Position numbers and translations under genes: made by a program. From assembly GCA_043228905.1 (NCBI GenBank), contig JBHGNT010000001.1:25482001-25546000 (forward strand): DNA of 64,000 nucleotides, given 5' to 3'. Positions 40,865 to 52,431 of the stretch are shown one piece after another. Source of the stretch: Azolla caroliniana. Lineage: Eukaryota > Plantae > Polypodiophyta. Below the pieces are notes generated by a model. That model saw nothing but the letters and a program-made list of their open reading frames with translations, did not search any database and was not told where the DNA came from. The stretch's first letter is position 1; each line of letters begins with the position of its first letter.

Positions 40865-43800
40865 TGTTGAGAACGCGATCGTCTAATGCAGAACAAATAA
40901 GCACTCTTCTGAAGAGAAGATCATAAACCGATACAAGCAAGGTAGATTGATGACAACAAAAAACGGAGAACAAGACGCAACTAGAACGCCAAAGAGAGAG
41001 AGACGTTAGGCACAAGATAAACTGTATTTTCAACCACCACAAACTAGGTTACAAAGTTAGTTTATAGACTGACTAACTTAGGGAAACTACCCTTCTCACT
41101 ATTTACATACATGTCCTAAACCTAGTGTGTACAAAAGGGACAAATGTGAATATGTCCATTAGAGACCCGTATTCGACCCTCCCTCGTAATGGGCGTATAC
41201 ATCTGAGATCTGTGGTATCGAAATAAGTGTACAATACATATTAGTACAAAGTTTTCGAACAAATAGTTTTTTTTCGTTCAAGTCGGAAAACTCCAAAAAT
41301 GTGAAGGCCGAATTAGCTGAAGTCGAAGAAACTGACTGAACTTCGAACTGTTGAAGTCGATTGTTCGAAAACATCCTGAGTGTCCGACTTAATTGGACTG
41401 ATTCTTCGTTACGCCCATCTGGTGCCGAAGGGATCAAAATCGATCTACCGAAAGACACTTGGTCATCCCATCTGCGACATCATCAGTTGTAGCTATCTCC
41501 TCGAAGCTGATTTTTCCTGAAATGATGCAATCTCGAAAAAAGTGATATCGAACGTCGATGTGCTTTGAGACGTTATGTTGGACCGGTTTTTTCGACAGAG
41601 CGACAACACCTTGACTATCGATGTAGACAACTAGAGCTCAACCAGGTTTGGCTTGTCGAAATGTGCAAGCCATCCTACCGAGCCATAAAGCTTCTTTCGC
41701 CACGTCTGACGCAGCTATGTATTCGGCCTCAATTGTTGATGTAGTAGTGCACTCCTGGAGTTTTGATTTCCACGAGATCGCTCCATACTTCGAACAGTCA
41801 AAGTCGATTGTTCAAAAACATCCTAAGTGTCCAACTTCATCAGATTGATTCTTCGTTATGCCCATTTGGTGCCGAAGGGATCAAAATCGATATGTCGAAA
41901 GACACTTGGTCATCCCATCTACGACATTATTGGTTGTAGCTATCTCCTCGAGGTAGATTTTTCTTGAAATGACGCAATCTCGAAAAAAGTGATATTGAAT
42001 GTCAATGTGCTTTGAGGCGTTATGTTGGACCGATTTTTTCGACAGAGCGACAATGCCTTGACTATTGATGTAGAAAACTGGAGCTGAGCTAGGTTCGACT
42101 TGTCGAAATGTGCAAGCCATCCTACCGAGCCATAAAGCTTCTTTCGCGACGTCTGACGTGGCTACGTATTCAGCCTCGGTTGTTGGTGTAGCAATGCACT
42201 CTTGGAGTTTTGATTTCCACGAGATCACTCCATTGCCAAGTTTGAAGCAATAACCGGTTGTCGATTTTCGACTGTCCACACAGTTGGCAAAGTTCGAGTC
42301 AGTGTATTCGACTATGCCTAAAGTGTTGTTCAGACCGAATAGAATGCCAAGGTGTTTTGTGCTCACCAGATATCTGGACACATGCTTGACTGATTGCTGG
42401 CAATGCGATCGGCTGGGATTGTGCATAAATCTGATGACGACTCCGACGGCGTGAACAATGTCAGGCCGTGTCACGACCATCGCGTACATCAAGGAGCCGA
42501 CTGCTGGTGCATACGGTACCAACTTCATAATTTCCCCCTCTAAACCAGATGTCAGGTAGTCTTGCTGAGACAACCGAAGGCTAGTGGGGAGTGGGGTCGA
42601 AGCAGATTTAGCTGATTGCATGTTGAAACGTTCGAGGACATGTTGAATATAGTCGGATTGGGACAGAAACAATTGACTTCGATTTTGATTTCGACTAATC
42701 CTCATGCCAAGAATGTGGCTTTCCAGACCGACTCGGAGATCCTTCATGGAAAACTTCAACCACACTTGCCGAACGAGTTCGACGAGCTCTCCGGCATGCC
42801 GACAAGAGAGGAGCATGTCGTCCACGTAAATAATGAGGAAGATGGGTGACCCAACTTGAGATGTTTTCGTGAAGAGACAATGATCCTCATCGCTCTTAGA
42901 GAAGCCAACCAACCTGATGAAGTCATCAAACTTCTTGTACCACTATCACGGTGCTTGTTTTAGGCCATAAAGGCGAGTCTTCTTGAGTTGGCAGACTAGA
43001 TGTTCCTGGCCGGGAACCACGAAACCTTTTGGTTGCTCCATATAAATTTCCTCCTCTAGGTCGCCGTGGAGGAATGTTGTTTTGACATCTAGCTGGATCA
43101 ACTCTAGGTTCTCGGTTGCCACGACGCCGACCATAAAGCGGAGGGTTGTCATTTTCACCAATGGTGAAAAAATTTCGTCGAAATCGACGCCGTATTCATG
43201 TCGAAAGCCCTTCGTTACTAATCTGGCCTTGAATTTCTGGGTGACCGAATCAGATGTCTCTTTAATTCTATAGACCCACTTGCATGGAAGAGCACGTCGT
43301 TTTTTAGGTAGTTTGACCAAGTCCCAAGTTTTGTTTACGTGAATGGAGTTCATTTTTGACGCCATTGCCAGATGCCAAGTGGCCGAATCGAGTGAAGCCG
43401 ATGCTTCTTCGTATGACATCGGTTCTCCTGTGTCTGTAAAGAAGATTCTAGGAGAGTACCTCTCAAGAGGTTGCGACAATACCTCAGATCTTCGAGGTAT
43501 GACTGGACTAGTTGCATCGGGTGTCTGGATCAGATGGTCAACAACCGAATCGTTTGGTTGTGCTGAGTCATGTGCTGTTGAGTCGATGTTGGAGGTTTCA
43601 ACTACCTGTGAAGCCAACCTCATGTTATGGGCTAGGCCTTTGTGAAGGGTTGGCACTTTGGAAAAAGTTAACCCTTCGAACTTCAATAGGCCTTTTGGCC
43701 TTCTTATGCATAACCAACACATTGAACACTACGCTCGAACTTTGGACGATCTGTCTGTGCTTGGGGTCCTAGAGTCGAGTCAGTATCTGATTTCGCCATC

Positions 43801-46800
43801 TGGTCCATAACTGAGGAGAACAAATTTCTTGGACCGTGGTTCAAGTTTTCGGCGATCGTCCTTCGGGATGAGGGCGTACGCCTCGCATTTGAATATCCTT
43901 AGCTTGTCGTAATTCGGCTTGTTGCCAGTCCATAATTCCTGAGGTATTTGAAATCCTAGAGGCCTACTCAGTGACATATTGATTATGTGTACTGCCGTAA
44001 GTAGGGCCTTCACCCAGAAGCCATCTGACAGTCTGGAGTGTTGGAGCATGGAAACTATCCTTTCTTGAATTGTCCGGTTCATCCGCTCGGCAATTCCGTT
44101 CTGCTCTTGACTATAGGGTGCCGTATATTCATGTCGTATGCCATGTTGTCGGCAAAATCTGACAAATTCTTCTGACTTGTACTCCCCTCCATTATCAGTT
44201 TGAAGACATTCAGCTTTCGACTGGTCTGATTCTCTACCATAGCAAGCCAATCAGAAAAAACCGAGAACACTCGATCTTAAGTCTTTATCAGATAAGCCCA
44301 CACCTTCCCAGTCGAGTCGTCAATAAAGCTGATGAAATATGAAACACCACCGAGAGATTGATGTGGCAACGGGCCACAGACGTCTGAGTGGACTAAATCG
44401 ATTGGACTCAATTCTCTTGGTGCTGATGCCGAGTGTGTTGTGGCTGTCTGTTCATCGCACTGGCAATGCTTGCAGAATTGATGATCCGAGAAGGAGAGTT
44501 TAGGGATGTATCCAGCTCTAGATAAATGCGCGATGCAGGCCTTGTTGAGGTGTCCGAGTCGTCCATGCCATAGTGATGACACGAGAATATCAACCACCTT
44601 CTCCGAGTGTGATGTATAACGGGTACAATGAGTGTACTTTCGGTCCTCGAGCAAGTAGGAGGTTCCCCCCTGTGGAGTGTCCACCCTCCTGATGAGAAGC
44701 CATCACGGATGCCGTCTTCATCCCATTGTTAGACTGAAATCAAAGGACTTGAGAGCTCAGGTACATGTAGGACTTATGTAGTACCAATGTAGAGCCACCC
44801 GAAAGGTTGAGGTCTATCGTGCCAATTCCAATAATCGTGCATTGCTGCGAATTTCCGACTCAAACTGAGCCGGAGTGTCGGGCCAAGTATTGCCAAAATT
44901 GGGATCGCTGAGGGGTCACATGAAAGGATGCACCCGAATATGTGCTCGATTCCTTAGTCGTAAGCAGAACTTATGATTCGACTGGGTTTTCAATGGATAG
45001 AATGTTCGGGTCGTTCGACAATACTTCGGCTGAAGAGCCGATGTACTTAACCTCCTCATGCCAATCACTCTTTTGATAAGCTTGTTGAGCTTTATCGTTC
45101 TTAGCCTTGAGTGTATGGCAATCGGCTTTGATGTGTCCGGGTTTCTTGCTGTAGTTGCAGACTCGATTATCTCGAGACTTGCTCTGACTTCGCTGGTTGT
45201 TCGACTGTCGAGAGGAATTTCTTCCTCGACTATTTGATCGGTCAATCAAACCTTGTACTACATAAGCGTTGTTGGCCGAATCATTCACAAACGATTTTCT
45301 CCGAGCCGCTTCAGTTAAAATTGCGCTCGTGATTGAGGAGTACTTTACGACAACAGTCGATGTGTTGCATACTGTTGTAATGAAAGTTTCCCATGAAGGT
45401 GGGAGGCTGCTCATGTGCAACATAGATCTTAGTTCATCCTCGATAGTTGTCCCTTGAGCCACAATTTGGGAACTTAAGCTTTCGTACTCATTCATGTGTG
45501 CCTGGACCTAGTCAGTTTCTTTCATCCGAAGATTGTAAAGGTGCGAATCAAATATATCTTCTTAGTGGCTACCTTCTCTTCTAGGTGTCCGAAAGTGTAT
45601 TCCATAGTTGGATGGCAGTCGAACACGATTGCACCGTGAAGTACACAGATTCCGATTGGTGCATCCAAATAGTGGCTCGAACAATTCTGTCGAGCTTCTC
45701 CCATTCAAGCGGCTTGTATCCTTCCGAGGCATTTTCGTTTTCGATGGGGTCGATTTCACCCTGCATCTGCTCCTTCCAGAAGTTGAAGTTTGATCCGTTG
45801 AACTTCCTTAGACTCATCTCTGACGAGCCGGATGTTGATGCCATCTGTGTTGATTTTGGGAGACTTTGTTCGGAGTTAGCTACAAACAGTGGTTGGGTGC
45901 AACAGACAAGCTCACCAGAATTCGTTCTAGCCGAGTTTGAACACAAGCCGAATCGGATTCGAAAAATTCCAGAGACTCGATCCGGAGTGACGACAGGTGA
46001 CCAACCTAGTCGAATTGATCCCGAATATGTCACTTTGATTTTGAATGTCAATTTTTGAGATTTTAAAATATAGAGTATGTGCCGCTTATTCCAGGTTGAT
46101 CCTGCTTCGATTGATTGCAATGATGAGAGGGACGACGCCGATTGGTCCTCTCGAATATCGTTCAACCCAATGAAGCACGGATTAGGGTTGTTTCATGGAG
46201 CTGACTTTACTTCAAGTGGTTACGGTGAGCGAGTGAATAACATCGGATGACCTATTCGATTTCCACCTAACCGAATGAAGCACAAGTGTGGCTTGATCGA
46301 GAGAAGGGTCTCACTTTGAACGACGACAATCACAAAGTTGAAATGCAGCTGACTTACTTACTTCGAGAGTGATTTTGAACAATAGAGTGCAGACCTTCAA
46401 TTATCTGCTCGTCAAATATGATCTTGTCGGGAGTTGCCAATCGAGATCTTCAAGGTGTACAGAGGAAGAGTTGTTGATGGAGACAAAGTAGACGACGACA
46501 GTAGAATCGAGAACACCAAGCTCTGATACAAGATGTTGAGAACGCGGCCATCTAGTGCGGAACAAATCAACACTCTTCGAAAGAGAAGATCATAAACCGA
46601 TACAAGCAAGGTAGATTGATGGCAACAGAAAACAGAGAATAAGACGCAACTAGAACGCCAGAGAGAGAGAGAAAAATGTTAGGCACAAGATGAATTGTAT
46701 TTTCAACCACCACAAACGAGGTTACAAAGTTAGCTTATATACTGACTAACTTAGCGCAACTTGCCTTCTCACTATTTACATACATGTCCTAAACCTAGTG

Positions 46801-46851
46801 TGTACAAAAGGGACAAATGTGAATACGTCCATTAGATAGCCTTATTCGACA
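40865..46851 (-). mobile_element. Ty1/copia element C, full-length but decayed
   Basis: LTRs at 40865-41178 and 46534-46851; degenerate tRNA-iMet PBS (ttgtatcagagc on minus, ~46531-46520); PPT next to 41178; TSD GATAG/AATAG; gag KFNGSNFNFWK, integrase VHSDVCGP/TDNGGEY/QNGIAERMN, RT QLDVKTTFLHG/LYGLKQAP/IYVDDML, RNase H YTDSNFA/EAEY/KHIDIQYHF. Confidence 0.95.
41355..42235. repeat. ~447-bp tandem duplication of the RNase H end of element C
   Basis: agtcgattgttc.aaaacatcct.agtgtcc...ttgatttccacgagatc.ctccat occurs at ~41355-41785 and ~41801-42235. Confidence 0.9.
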
Positions 46852-47823
46852 AATAGTGTTTTATACATAAGGATCATGTAACAAACAAAGCACCATGACA
46901 ATATTATACATTATATGTAAAGGCAAATAAAGAGAAAATTATTATATTACATGGGCAAAAGAGGACGTGAACAAACAACTTCAACCTTATGAGATTTAAA
47001 CCTTATCATTTAGCCAACACTTGTAATATATATAAAAGTATGTGTGTTGTTTCATTTGAACTAGAATTGTGTAGTCTAAACCATGTAATGTACTAGATGT
47101 GCACCATATAGCACACATGCAAGAGCCTCTCTACATGTGCGCCACATGGCCCGCATGTAGAACCATCCCTTTCCTATAAAAGGAGAAGGGAGTATGCTCA
47201 CAATCAATGAATCAATCAGATTGAAAAACATTATATTGTATCGGATCAAGAGAGAATTATAATGTAAAACCCATCATAAGAGAGAAAGAGGAAGAAAAGA
47301 AGGTGAAGATTATAAACAATCTTCAGAATACAAGAGAGGATCTAGCTTGGCGGTTGTGGTGCTCAACCCACAAGGAAAAGGCGGAGCGTTCGAGTCATAT
47401 CTTCATCGAAAGATAGAAGGGAAGATTGTGGTCTACTATCAAGAAAGAGAAGAGTGGTTACCTGGTGAGACAAAATTCGAAGGTTAGAGATATGTGTTGT
47501 GTGTGTTTGAGAAGAGGAGAGAAGAGAGACAGAAGATAGAATAGAAAATAGAATACTCAAGAAGATTATATTACAAAGGAGATTAACCGACACATTACAA
47601 AGTAGGAGGAGGGTGCTTTATATAGTCACCCTCTCTCTTCATTAACTACGGAAGCTCATTGGTCATGGGGAATGTGGAGACTCATAAGTTATGTGTCATA
47701 GAATATGATTCTATGACACATAGTTAATGTGTAGAGAGTAGTGGTGACTTTTGACCTTTGAGTGCTCATAAATTCTCAAAGTTGTGTCCACACACTAGTC
47801 TAGGTTGAGCTTGATTCTCAACA

Positions 47824-48000
47824 CATTACAACTACATGTGTAGCCCTCAACAAAGTTACACAGATGAGGCCAACAATATCTCCTAAAAACTAACTCTCCT
47901 TTCTCGTCAACTCCAAAATGTCCAACCATTGGCATGTCATGGCAATGATATACACTAAAGTTGAGAAGGGCCAACAAAAACATAACCAGATTGTTTCGAA
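47824..48000 (-). mobile_element. Ty3/gypsy integrase relic, upstream half (H2C2 zinc domain)
   Basis: HDMPMVGHFGVDEKGELVFRRYCWPHLCNFVEGYTCSCN joins across the TSD to A-C-C-Q-T-K at 34828. Confidence 0.8.
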
Positions 48001-48614
48001 AAAGAAAATTGGCGATCCAACTCAGTTTATTTTAATCACAACGAGAATTCTTAGACCTCAAACAATTAACAAAATCTAGAGAATTTTAATTTAGAACAAC
48101 TAGGCAAATTCATCTTCACTAATATTATTGCGAATGAAATGAAGAAGAGTAAAAACCATAGAAGTTGCCATTAACTATAGACAACATAGATCCAAGAGGA
48201 TCTACTTTTGATGTTGAAAAGAAGACCCTTCTTAATGAGTGCCATATGGGAGTATTGAGATACAACCTTGTTGTGAAAATCTACTAGTAACTATGGATTG
48301 TGAGGCAGAATTGCCGAGGTTTTGGACTGAAAGGAATTAGGGCTCACACATATGGCACAAATGTTCAAATGTTTTGTGAAAAGGAGAGGTGCATGGGCAA
48401 GCCCAAAATGCTCCCCAAGTCACAAGACAAACGAACACCCAAGAGGAAGGCTTACACATAAGACATAAAAGTTTGACGACTTCCTTCGTTGCCTCTTCTC
48501 GATGTTGATCTCTCACGCTCTTCTTGGTCGAAATCCCTCTTCTAACTATTCCATCTTTCAAAACCGTAAAGCTTACATGTTCTCTTCTCCCTCCCCCCTT
48601 CTTGTTAAGAATAC

Positions 48615-49067
48615 TATTAATAATTAGGTAATTAACTAGGGTTAATTAGTGTTTAATTATGTGAGTGGTTGACAACGCAATAGAAGATTAAGTGATTTGT
48701 GTGTGTGTGTGAGAGGAAGATACACTTATGAACAATAACATAAATGAGGGATGATTAACAAGAGTGTAACTAAAGAACTTTCTCTATATTAATAAGCATC
48801 ATAATACAACGATATCCTAAATGAGGTATATATACACCTCATGTGGAAGGGTGCACATGTGTGAGGAGAATATAGGTACAGGTGTGTAAGTCCTATATTA
48901 AATGAACTTGGTAGTGGAGGGTCTAGAATGTATCCCCACTTACGTACAAGTATAAGATCCTATTTAAGGGTTTAAAGGTCAACATACTAACTAGATTCTA
49001 TCTAGGTAACTACTAAGTTACGTGGTTAACTAAATGACTAAACTAAGTTGAGCTTGATATCTCAACA
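48615..49067 (-). mobile_element. Possible solo LTR related to the A/B families
   Basis: End gttgagcttgatatctcaaca resembles the A LTR end gttgagcttgattctcaaca; candidate TSD AATAC/AATAT; left boundary uncertain. Confidence 0.45.
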
Positions 49068-49087
49068 AATATGTTCTTATTTATAGG

Positions 49088-50170
49088 TTTTTCCTTTTTT
49101 TTTCCCAAAATAATTCTACTTCCATTAGTTAAGAAAATGTACATAGGATAGTATATAACTCATATGTTACAAGCCCCTTTGCAATGGCTACAAAACATCA
49201 TGTATAAATGAAGCAACAAAGCCTCGTCACAAAATTACTTGACAGACTCCCCTCAACATGAGCCTCACACAATCCATATTCAGCAAAGACACCCTCCAAT
49301 CTCTTCATAATTCAACACCTACCTCTATGTTTGGTACCCTAGGAGGAAACAGTCACCGGGGTGGCTGATAAATCCACTTTGCATTGCCATCCACCATCTG
49401 TAACATCGGAGAACCTCTCCATTTAAGAAGGAAGCGATATCTAGCTTCTTCACTCGCATCAGAGGGCTCTTGAAGGCTGTCAAACTTTCCTTATAGCGTA
49501 GAAATCAAATTAAACCAAATCGTCATTAAACTCTCAGCCGATGGGTTTGCTTCCTGGTAAATGACTCCTTGCACCTAGATACCCACACTTGCCAAACAGT
49601 AACGCCAACCACTAAAAACCAAACATCTACGTATCGTTCATGTATGTAGAATGAATCTCCTTGAGCGGCAGGTTGAACTGTTCCATTCACCAACTTTAAA
49701 GAAGGGTTATTTCCATTCCACCCATGAAACCATGCTGCCGATTCAGTAGCTAACCAAACAATTGCTACACTTGATACCTGAACTTCAACCCCGCATTGAG
49801 CCAGAATTCTTAAGCTCCTCGTCCAAACTTCTTGGGCTCGCGGGCAGCTCTATAAACAATGGGCGATGTCCTCCAAACTCGCTCCACAGGCCTTGCAATT
49901 ACTCATGCCACCCCTTTTCCCCAGCCACTCTTCGGTTGTCCTCCAAACTCGCTCCACAGGCCTTGCAATTACTCATGCCACCCCTTTTCCCCAGCCACTC
50001 TTCAGTTGTCCTCCAAACTCGCTCCACAGGCCTTGCAATTACTCATGCCACCCCTTTTCCCCAGCCACTCTTCGGTTGGAACAGCCCGATGGGTGATTAG
50101 CTAAAAAAACACCTTGAACCTCTCAGGGAGGGATGAGTTCCATATCTTGCTCCTGGTTTTATCCACAAAG
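49088..50170 (-). mobile_element. LINE 3' relic with a triplicated zinc-finger segment
   Basis: Minus strand reads CKACGASLEDIAHCL*SC, then VTVWQVWVSRCK...IWFNLISTL...RFLLKWRGSP..WIYQPP; T-rich tail at ~49088-49103. Confidence 0.75.
49867..50078. repeat. 70-bp unit x3, near-perfect tandem
   Basis: Units at 49867, 49937 and 50007 (tgtcctccaaactcgctccacaggcc...). Confidence 0.97.
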
Positions 50171-50188
50171 ACTGAATCGACAACTACA

Positions 50189-50724
50189 TGTTGATCATAC
50201 GATCATCGACAAGGAGTGCGAATGGTGTATCATCGGTGCACGTCTTAGAGAGCATGAGAGAGAGAGAGAGAGATTAAACCTTGATAACTTAAATTATTAT
50301 AGGGATTAAAACTTAACTATAACTAAAATATCTAAAAATATAATGAGAAAGGGAGAGAGGGCTAGCCATTAAGTATTAATTAAAAAGACTAAAACCCTCT
50401 CCTAAAACTCCTTATATAAACCTATCCACCCCTAATGGTCATTTTAGCACTGATGAGCCCCGTGGTGGGCGAAACTAGTTTGCTCATGACCATATCTCCA
50501 TGTAATTTATTTTTCAATCTTAATGATAATTAGTAATAGCTTTGCTCTTAATCTCTCTCACTCTCACTCTCTCTCACTCTCTCTCTTAACATGTTAGTAA
50601 CATTTGTTTTAGTCTTTTTAATTAATATTTAATGGCTAGCCCTCTCTCCCTTTCTCATTATATTTTTAGATATTTTAGTTATATTTAAGTTTTAATCCTT
50701 ATAATAATTTAAGTTATCAAGGTT

Positions 50725-50759
<35 letters not shown>

Positions 50760-50824
50760 GCTCTCTAAGCCATGCACCGATGATACACCATTCACACTCC
50801 TTGTCGACGATCGTATGATCAACA
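50189..50824. repeat. Large inverted repeat (~207-219-bp arms, ~210-bp spacer)
   Basis: 50189-50395 is the reverse complement of 50606-50824, including mirrored (GA)n/(TC)n tracts. Confidence 0.95.
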
Positions 50825-52431
50825 AAACTCATGATCCCGCATTCTCTATGGAGGCCCATGTATTGGGGATAGGCACCCACGACGAGATAGCATCGTCAAC
50901 CACCGAGCCCTCGTTTCGTGCCGAGTGCCCCCACAAAACGTTATGTGGCTTTCCAATGGCGTCATCGACTTGTCTCTCATATCCTCTCACATGACAAGCT
51001 CTCAACACTCTACCTTACTTTTTGCACATCATTATGTTGTAAGCATGGGACTACATTCGGTAACCATGCATTTCCCATTTCTTATCCCTCTTTCATTGTA
51101 TATGTTCGGGACTACATTTGGTAGCCGACATTATTTTCATTTTGGATCTCAAACCCTAAACTATATTGCCAATCACAATGCTTGTCACCCACATCCCTAC
51201 ATATGCACTCACTCCTTGTTAGATTTTTCATATTTTTAACCCTACCTCTCCCATACTTTCACCTATTTTGGGCCCTACCATTCCCCTACTTTCTTCTATT
51301 TTCAACCCTCCCCCTCCTCTACTTTCTCCTATTTCCGGCCCTACCCCTCATATTTTCTCCTAATTTCAGCCCTACCCCTTCCCCTTCTTTTTCATATTTT
51401 TACTCGTACCTCTCCTACACTTTTATTAAAAACCTAATCTTTAGATTATATTTACCCACTACCCCCATCATCGATTTCCATATATTTTAACTTTACCCCT
51501 CCCCTTAACTTTTCTTTCTTTTAGTAGCTTTTTAATGCAACCTCGCTTTCCTTTTATTTGTAGTTTCTACCCTCACCCATGTTTTACCATTTTTTATTTA
51601 TTTTTCCTACCCCTCCCTCTTTTCTCTCCATAACACTCTTCTCCTTTTTTATTCCTCTTTCTCTTTGAATTTTTGGTTGCCCCATATATTTCTTCTCTCT
51701 CTCTCTCTCGTACCTCTCTCTCTTTCTTACTTTCATATCCTCTTTTGTAACTCTCCATCTCTCTCTCTCTCTTCCTCTATCTTTCTTACTTTTATATCCT
51801 ATTCTCTCTCTCTCTCTCTCCTACCTCTACCCCTCCCTTTACTTTTATATTACCACCTTACCACCTTACCCCTAACCTTAACCCTCCCTAGCTCATACCA
51901 AGTGTATCAAACAGTTTGGGTGTGCTCAAATCGTTCTTGGCGAACTTTTCACTTCACCTCCACTTTGTCAATTTACCCCCCTACCCCTCCCTTACCTTCC
52001 TAAATTACCCTCCTACCCTTCCCCCTCACTTTTTCAAAATTACCTTTCTACCCCTCCTCCTACTTTTACTTATTACCACCCTACCCCTCCCCTAAAACCC
52101 CCCTCATTTCTTAAAAACTAAACACCCTACCCCCACCCCTAGTGTTGCCTTTTGACGGCCGTTTTAAACGTTTTTGACAAATTTAACCGTATATGAAGGT
52201 TAATTTGAAAATGAAACCGTAATTCTTGATGGGCATATATTTTATAAAAACATAAAAATGGTGGTTTAAAATTTGTTAATACCGTCAAATTTTGCTAAGG
52301 CCAATACAATAGTACATGTATTAATAGTTACAAATTACAATTCATAGGCCATAGCATATAGTTTTACTTAAGGAAAGTAAATGTGTAAACATATGTCTTT
52401 TTTTTCCCCCCCAAAAAAACTCATTCCATTA

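Larger units (their letters stand above)
40786..47472 (+). mobile_element. LTR D (TGTCATG...GAGACA, ~700 bp without its insert), split by element C; no matching TSD
   Basis: TGTC start exactly where B coding stops; TATAAAA at 47175; GACA end next to the truncated 5' LTR of A; minus-strand tRNA-like cassette at 47016-46963. Confidence 0.6.
34834..47823 (-). mobile_element. Ty1/copia element A (outer, disrupted), TSD CATTA
   Basis: 3' LTR at 34834-35220 next to a PPT (gagggggtg, 35229-35221); partial 5' LTR at 47481-47823; CATTA at 34829-34833 and 47824-47828; RT/RNase H relic at 35387-36298 (MTDMKELHYFLGIEV, EAEY-like KAEYRG, YCDNMSSIYLARNPVFH). Confidence 0.9.

Noticed and set aside
51182-52139. 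Leu/Pro/Phe-rich ORFs (also 57565-57954)
   Set aside because: They derive from pyrimidine-rich low-complexity ctacccct repeats flanking the hAT insertion.
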